Part shown: in pieces, positions 8,630 to 13,198 of the stretch
Layout of the letters: the number at the start of each line of letters is the position of its first letter
Numbering within the stretch: position 1 is the stretch's first letter
Assembly (NCBI RefSeq): GCF_006345805.1
Contig: NW_021826469.1
Location: forward strand, 1-13,198
Direction: 5' to 3'
Length of the DNA: 13,198 nt
DNA from: Octopus sinensis
Taxonomy: Eukaryota
The notes under the pieces: generated by a model
What the model saw: the letters and a program-made list of their open reading frames with translations, nothing else
Database searches by the model: none
What the model was told of the DNA's origin: nothing
Position numbers and translations under genes: made by a program

Positions 8630-8843
8630 GCGGTGAGCTGGCAGAAACGTTAGCACGCCGGGCGAAATGCTTAGCGGTATTTCGTCTGCCGCTACGTTCT
8701 GAGTTCAAATTCCGTCGAGGTCTACTTTGCCTATCATCCTTTCAGGATCGATAAACTAAGTACCAGATGCGTACTGGGGTCGATCTGGTCGACTGGCCCT
8801 CTCCCCCAAAATTTCGGGCTTTGTGCCTTGAGTAGAAAAGAAT
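8630..8843 (+). mobile_element. Full-length tRNA-derived SINE, family B
   Basis: A-box-like tggcagaaacg (8639-8649), B-box-like gagttcaaattcc (8701-8713), central gcctatcatcctttcaggatcgataaactaagtaccag, ends gtagaaaagaat. Homologous to 9083-9303 and 11792-12010. Confidence 0.9.
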
Positions 8844-9020
8844 TGTTGGAATGTCGGACAAAATGCCCAGCTGCATTTCTTCAGATTCTGTAAGTTCTGA
8901 GATCAAATCCTTCAAAGACTGAATTTCAGGGTTGATAGAATAGGCACCGTTTGAACTTTGGGGTCGATATAATCAGCTAGCCTAAATTTCTAGCCTCCTG
9001 CTTACAGTACAAAGGATTAT
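8844..9020 (+). mobile_element. Strongly diverged family B SINE copy, directly abutting the previous one
   Basis: Collinear motifs gtcggacaaaatgc, gcatttc, gttctgagatcaaatcc, gggttgatagaatag, tggggtcgatataatc. Confidence 0.75.
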
Positions 9021-9082
9021 TGTTATTATTGTGTAGTTATTTGTTTATATATTGTTGTTATATTGCTGTTATTATAAAAGTG

Positions 9083-9303
9083 AAGTCGGCAGCTGGCAGG
9101 ATCGTTAGCATGTCGGAAAAAAACGCTTAACGGCATTTCTTCCTGCCTTTTGTTCTCACTTCAAATTCCTCCGACGTTGGCTTTGCCTTTCATGCTTTTA
9201 AGATCGATAAATTAATTACCAGTCGAGCACTGGGGTCGATGTAATCGATTCGATTTCTCCCCACCAAAAATTCCATATCTTGTACTTATACTAGAAATAA
9301 TTA
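9083..9303 (+). mobile_element. Diverged full-length family B SINE
   Basis: gctggcaggatcgttagcatgtcgg...ttcaaattcc...gcctttcatgc...gatcgataaattaattaccag...ctggggtcgatgtaatcga. Confidence 0.87.
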
Positions 9304-9531
9304 TACAACGGTAGGAGTAGTTGAAACATTAGAGCGTGAGACATACCTTTAGAGAAAGAAAACTGAATCTACGTAATCTGTGTCACATCCTGAGGACAGA
9401 TTTAAAAAAGAAACCATTTCCTTGAAGACAGGACAATGGCTACGGAGAAATATTGTGGCTATATTACATGTATAGCGTTAGCGTCTTGAATACTGCATCG
9501 TGTTCCATATATATAGTATTTTTATAAGTTT

Positions 9532-9748
9532 AAGCTTATAGCGATCGCGGTGCAAGTGACTAAGGAAAATAGTCTAATAATGGGGGATATAAGCCCTCGG
9601 CAGAAAAAAAGTAGGCTTTTCCGTACGCGTGGGACTCGATCCCACATCCCACGCGTAGGGGAAAGCCTACTTTTTTCCGTCAACGGCTTATATGCCCGAT
9701 TATTAGACTATTTTCTTTAGTCATTTGTACGGTGACCGCTATAAGCTT
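9532..9748. mobile_element. Fold-back (MITE-like) element: ~103-bp arms with a 12-nt loop
   Basis: Arms 9532-9634 and 9647-9748 are complementary along their length, with about 14 mismatches by hand. Termini are aagcttatagcg and cgctataagctt. No ORF. Confidence 0.85.
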
Positions 9749-10029
9749 TAACCAAAAAAAAGAAAACAATTAATATTATTTACAGAATTGTAAAACTCGA
9801 CACCGCTAAACAAAACCATTCGCACCGAAATATATATATATATATATATATGCTTAGAAAGCTCGTCCACGGTTATTGACTATCAAGTGTAGCTTCACAA
9901 CGGAAACCGATCGTCTTAATGAAGATACACCCGGAAATCTATGAATGTCCGTAGAGTGTATATATTTTTAAAATGTGTAAACAGGAGAGATTGGATTGAA
10001 CAAATACGCTTCATTGCATGATGCTGATT

Positions 10030-10110
10030 TAGAATTCTGGTACAAAGTTGGCGATTTCGGGAGGAGTAAGTCGATTATTCGAGACACTGTTATTCACAAG
10101 AGACGTTTTA
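10030..10110 (-). mobile_element. Highly diverged 3' tail of a family B SINE
   Basis: tggtacaaag..gcgatttcgggagg.gtaagtcgatta aligns with 11809-11845. Confidence 0.55.
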
Positions 10111-10309
10111 TGTCCGAATAATTGTTCACAAACCGATTTGTTAAGAGGTGTTCGCAAAACGAGGTCCCACTGTATATACGATAGTTGTACAAGAGGAAAA
10201 AGTGTATCGACTACAGCTAGAAGCAAATATGAAGGACAAAAAGGATAAGAATATATATTATATATTAAAGGAGTACAACAAACAGACCAGTGTCAATTTT
10301 AGCAAGGTA

Positions 10310-10450
10310 GCTATAACAACAGCAATAACACTACAGAGTACAATGGTAGAACAACAACAATATTTGTGACAGCAGCATTACAACAGAAACAACAAATCGA
10401 ATAACAACAGCAATGACAGCAACAATAACAACAACAGCAGAGACAATAAA
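10310..10450. repeat. Decayed (AAC)/(CAG) low-complexity tract
   Basis: Recurrent aac/cag units. Confidence 0.7.
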
Positions 10451-10479
10451 CATAAGTAGGAAAAATGTGTTGAAAACTC

Positions 10480-11720
10480 CGTAGTAAACAAGTATCATAA
10501 GATGTAAACATATGCCGAGGAACAGAAGGAAAAGAAACGAAAAAGAAAGAGAAAAGAAAAGGGAAGAGAACGAAAGATAAGAATAAAATAAAAAAAAGAA
10601 CAAAAATGTAATTTAAATAAAAAAAAAATAAAGCAAAACAAATGAACAATCAGGTTAAGAATTGTGATGATTAGTTCGATTTTATGGAGGGGAAAGAGAA
10701 AAAGAAAATAAATAAAACAAAATGTCTGCCAAAAGAATGACAAAAAAAAGTGATGAGCGGGAAAATATTTCTTCATCTATTCAAGTACATATTAATTTAC
10801 AAAAATACAAAAACATCTTTGTTAAATATTTACCTTTTATTTTCATTTATGTTTTTTTTTTACTTTTATTTAGACCTTTTCTGTCTTTTTCTTCTTTCTC
10901 TCCATCTTTCTTTTCTGTTTTTCAGTACGTTTGCAGTCTCATTGTTTTCCTTTTCTTATTCTTTTATTTATTCTTTCACTTTTATCATCTCCCTTATCTT
11001 GTTTCTTACCTTTCTTTCCAACTTTCCTTTGTTTTTTCTCTCCATTTCTCTACTTTCTTCATTCCTGTCTTTCTCTCTTTTTTTCATCTCATTCTCTCAT
11101 TGTTTCTTCCTTGCAGTCTTTCCTTATATTCACTTTCGTATACCTTTCTCTTTCTTCCATGACCCTCCCCCAATCACTCATTTTTACTATTTTCTCCTTT
11201 ACATCTTCTTCCTTATATATTTTTTCCTTCTTTCTCTTAGCCCTCTTTAATTCTTCCTTCCAGCTTTACTCCTAATTTTCTTTCTTACAGTTTCACTCCT
11301 TCTTTTTACACTTATTTTTAACTTACGATATTTCTTCACTCCTTTTCCTTTCTTCCGTTCTTTCTTTTGTTTTTTCTTTCTTTCCTTCCTTCTTTCTTTT
11401 TCCTTCCTTCTACCTTTTCAGCTACCAGTCTTTCTTTCATTCTTGATCTCTTGTTTTCTTCACTTATTCCTCTACCTCGTTCTGTTTTTCTCCTTTACTT
11501 TCCTCAACTCTATTTAAGACATTCATTTTCTTCTTATTCTTTACACTAACAACTTACTTTCACTTTCCTGTCTGTTTTCACTAACGTCAGCCTCAACTTC
11601 TCTCTCTCTCCCCCCCTTTCTCTCCCGGTCTCTTCCTCTTGCTCATCCCTTTCTCCCATCCAACTCGCTTTCGTCATTGTCTCATTTAATTCTGACACAT
11701 ATTGTCTTTCTTTCTCACTA
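10480..11720. repeat. Low-complexity block: purine-rich (10480-10810) then pyrimidine-rich (10835-11720)
   Basis: Strong strand asymmetry visible by eye; source of the F/S/L-rich ORFs on both strands. Confidence 0.88.
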
Positions 11721-11791
11721 ACCTTGTTGTGTGTTATTATGTCTCAGAAACCTAAACTGTGCCAGTCAAACAAATATTTACAATCAACAAC

Positions 11792-12010
11792 ATATCGGTT
11801 TCAAATTTTGGTACAAGGCCAGCAATTTCGCGGAGGAGGTTAAGTCGATTACATTGACCCCAGCGTTCAACTGGTACTTATTTTATCGAGCCCAAAAGGA
11901 TGAAAGGCAAAGTTGACAGCGGCGGAATTTGAACTTAGAAAGTAAAGACGAACAAAATGCACCCAAGCATTTTGTACAGCGTGCTAACAATTTCGCTATC
12001 TTGCCGCCTT
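11792..12010 (-). mobile_element. Full-length family B SINE
   Basis: Minus strand aaggcggcaagatagcgaaattgttagcacgc...ttctaagttcaaattccgcc...gcctttcatccttttgggctcgataaaataagtaccag; homologous to 8630-8843. Confidence 0.9.
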
Positions 12011-12011
12011 A

Positions 12012-12240
12012 ACTAATAATAATAACAATAACAAAATGCCCTAATGCAGTACCAGGCGCTGACTCTCATGGCTTCTCATCTTCAACTGATTCGAAGTGTT
12101 ATCATGTACATATTTTGTCTTGGTATAAAAGATGGGGCTAACAGCAAATATTCTGCTCAATACCACAGATTTGCTTGTCAGTTCCTTGACTTTAACCAGT
12201 TGAGCATATCCCGTAGTGGCTGATGATAAGTGCATATCTG
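12012..12240 (-). mobile_element. 3' fragment of another retroposon with an (ATT/GTT)n tail
   Basis: (AAT/AAC)n run at 12015-12035 adjoining ~200 bp that I recognise as a recurring octopus-type repeat. There is no second copy in the window to confirm it. Confidence 0.5.
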
Positions 12241-12352
12241 AAGATATGCACAAAATTATAGTATCCAAATCCTATATCCTGCCTGGGTAAAATGACCAAA
12301 ATTTAAACATTTGTAGCTTTAAAAAAAAAATTATAATTCTGAAAAATGTGAA

Positions 12353-12506
12353 TTACCAACCACATGGTTCCGGGTTCATTCCCACTGCGTGACACCTTGG
12401 GCGAATAAAGCCTTGTGAGTGGATTTGGTAGACGGAAACTGAAACAAGCCCGTCGTATATATTTATATATATATATGTATATATATATATATTTATAATA
12501 TATATA

Positions 12507-12553
<47 letters not shown>

Positions 12554-12711
12554 TCTGTGTGTGTCCCACCAACATCGCTTATCAAACGATGCTGATGTGT
12601 TTATGCCCCTGCAACATAGCGGTTCGGCAAAAGTCACTGATAGAATAAGTATTAGGCTTACAAAGAATAAGTCCTGGGGTCAATTTCTTAGACTAAAGGC
12701 GGTGCTTCAGC
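12353..12711 (+). mobile_element. SINE family A, 5'-truncated (no A box), internally deleted and 3'-clipped
   Basis: Collinear with ~661-998; lacks the segment corresponding to ~711-736; expanded internal (TA)n(TG)n. Confidence 0.92.
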
Positions 12712-12800
12712 ATATACACCAAACTTTAAAATTTTTATTCACTAAGCTTTGAAAATTTCCACGGGTGCAGCCAAGCAGAAAAAGATCCGATAAAATATGT

Positions 12801-12991
12801 ACGTATGTATGTATGTATGTATGTATATGTATTTGTGCGTCTGTGTTTGTCCCCCGCCACCATCGCTTGACAACTGGTTCCAATTGGATAAGTACCAGGC
12901 TTACAAAGAATAAGTCCAAGATCGATTTGTTCGACTAAAGGTGGTTCTCCAGCATGGTCGCAGTCAAATGACAGAAACAAGAAAAAGAATA
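12801..12991 (+). mobile_element. Second 3' half of a family A SINE
   Basis: gtctgtgtttgtcccc...atcgcttgacaac...taagtaccaggcttacaaagaataagtcc...cgactaaagg...ctccagcatggtcgcagtcaaatgacagaaacaag. Confidence 0.9.
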
Positions 12992-13198
12992 AACGCACAA
13001 AAATATTGGTGCGTGATTTAAGGCCTGTTTAGCTATTATTTTTAGCATATCACATGACCACCATTTAATAAGCAAAAAATCACTACGTGAGCAAGAAGCT
13101 TGGTAACAGCTTAGCTTGTTACTATGGAAACAGGCACATATATGTGTCTGTGACTTTCGATTGGTTAAAATTTAGCAAATTTGCTTTATTTTCCCGGA

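Noticed and set aside
9850-10028. Possible fragment of another interspersed repeat next to (TA)n
   Set aside because: It looks familiar, but there is no second copy, terminal structure or coding motif in the window to support a call.
10311-11549. Hydrophobic F/L/S-rich ORFs of 60-166 aa that look like membrane proteins
   Set aside because: A direct consequence of polypyrimidine and polypurine low-complexity DNA. They occur in several overlapping frames and on both strands.
12220-12260. CTGATGA followed by a 9-bp hairpin as a hammerhead
   Set aside because: The hairpin is followed by AAAA rather than GAAA, and there are no stem I or stem III complements.
1-13198. CRISPR array, prokaryotic operon or defence system
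   Set aside because: No regularly spaced repeat-spacer structure and no gene-dense coding sequence. The window is eukaryotic repeat-rich DNA.

Overview
Eukaryotic, very AT-rich, microsatellite-saturated non-coding DNA. The repeat families look like those of octopus (coleoid cephalopod) genomes; this rests on my recognition of the sequences, not on a search. No host protein-coding gene can be supported, and nearly all listed ORFs are translations of microsatellites, low-complexity tracts or SINEs. The window holds a decayed mariner (Tc1/mariner) 5' fragment with transposase remnants, split by a tRNA-derived SINE. There are about 11 full or partial copies of three tRNA-headed SINE families, two long fold-back elements (2025-2242 and 9532-9748) and many compound microsatellites. 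The most interesting signal is two inverted copies of a ~165-bp element sitting in (TA)n tracts. Each carries a 35-nt minimal type I hammerhead-ribozyme fold with a variant core (CCGACGA instead of CUGANGA), of the kind associated with Penelope-like retroelements. A short unlisted reading frame with GIY-YIG-like spacing (5091-5141) is a weaker lead. Hammerheads in Penelope-like elements are a known class, so any novelty would lie in this variant and its architecture.
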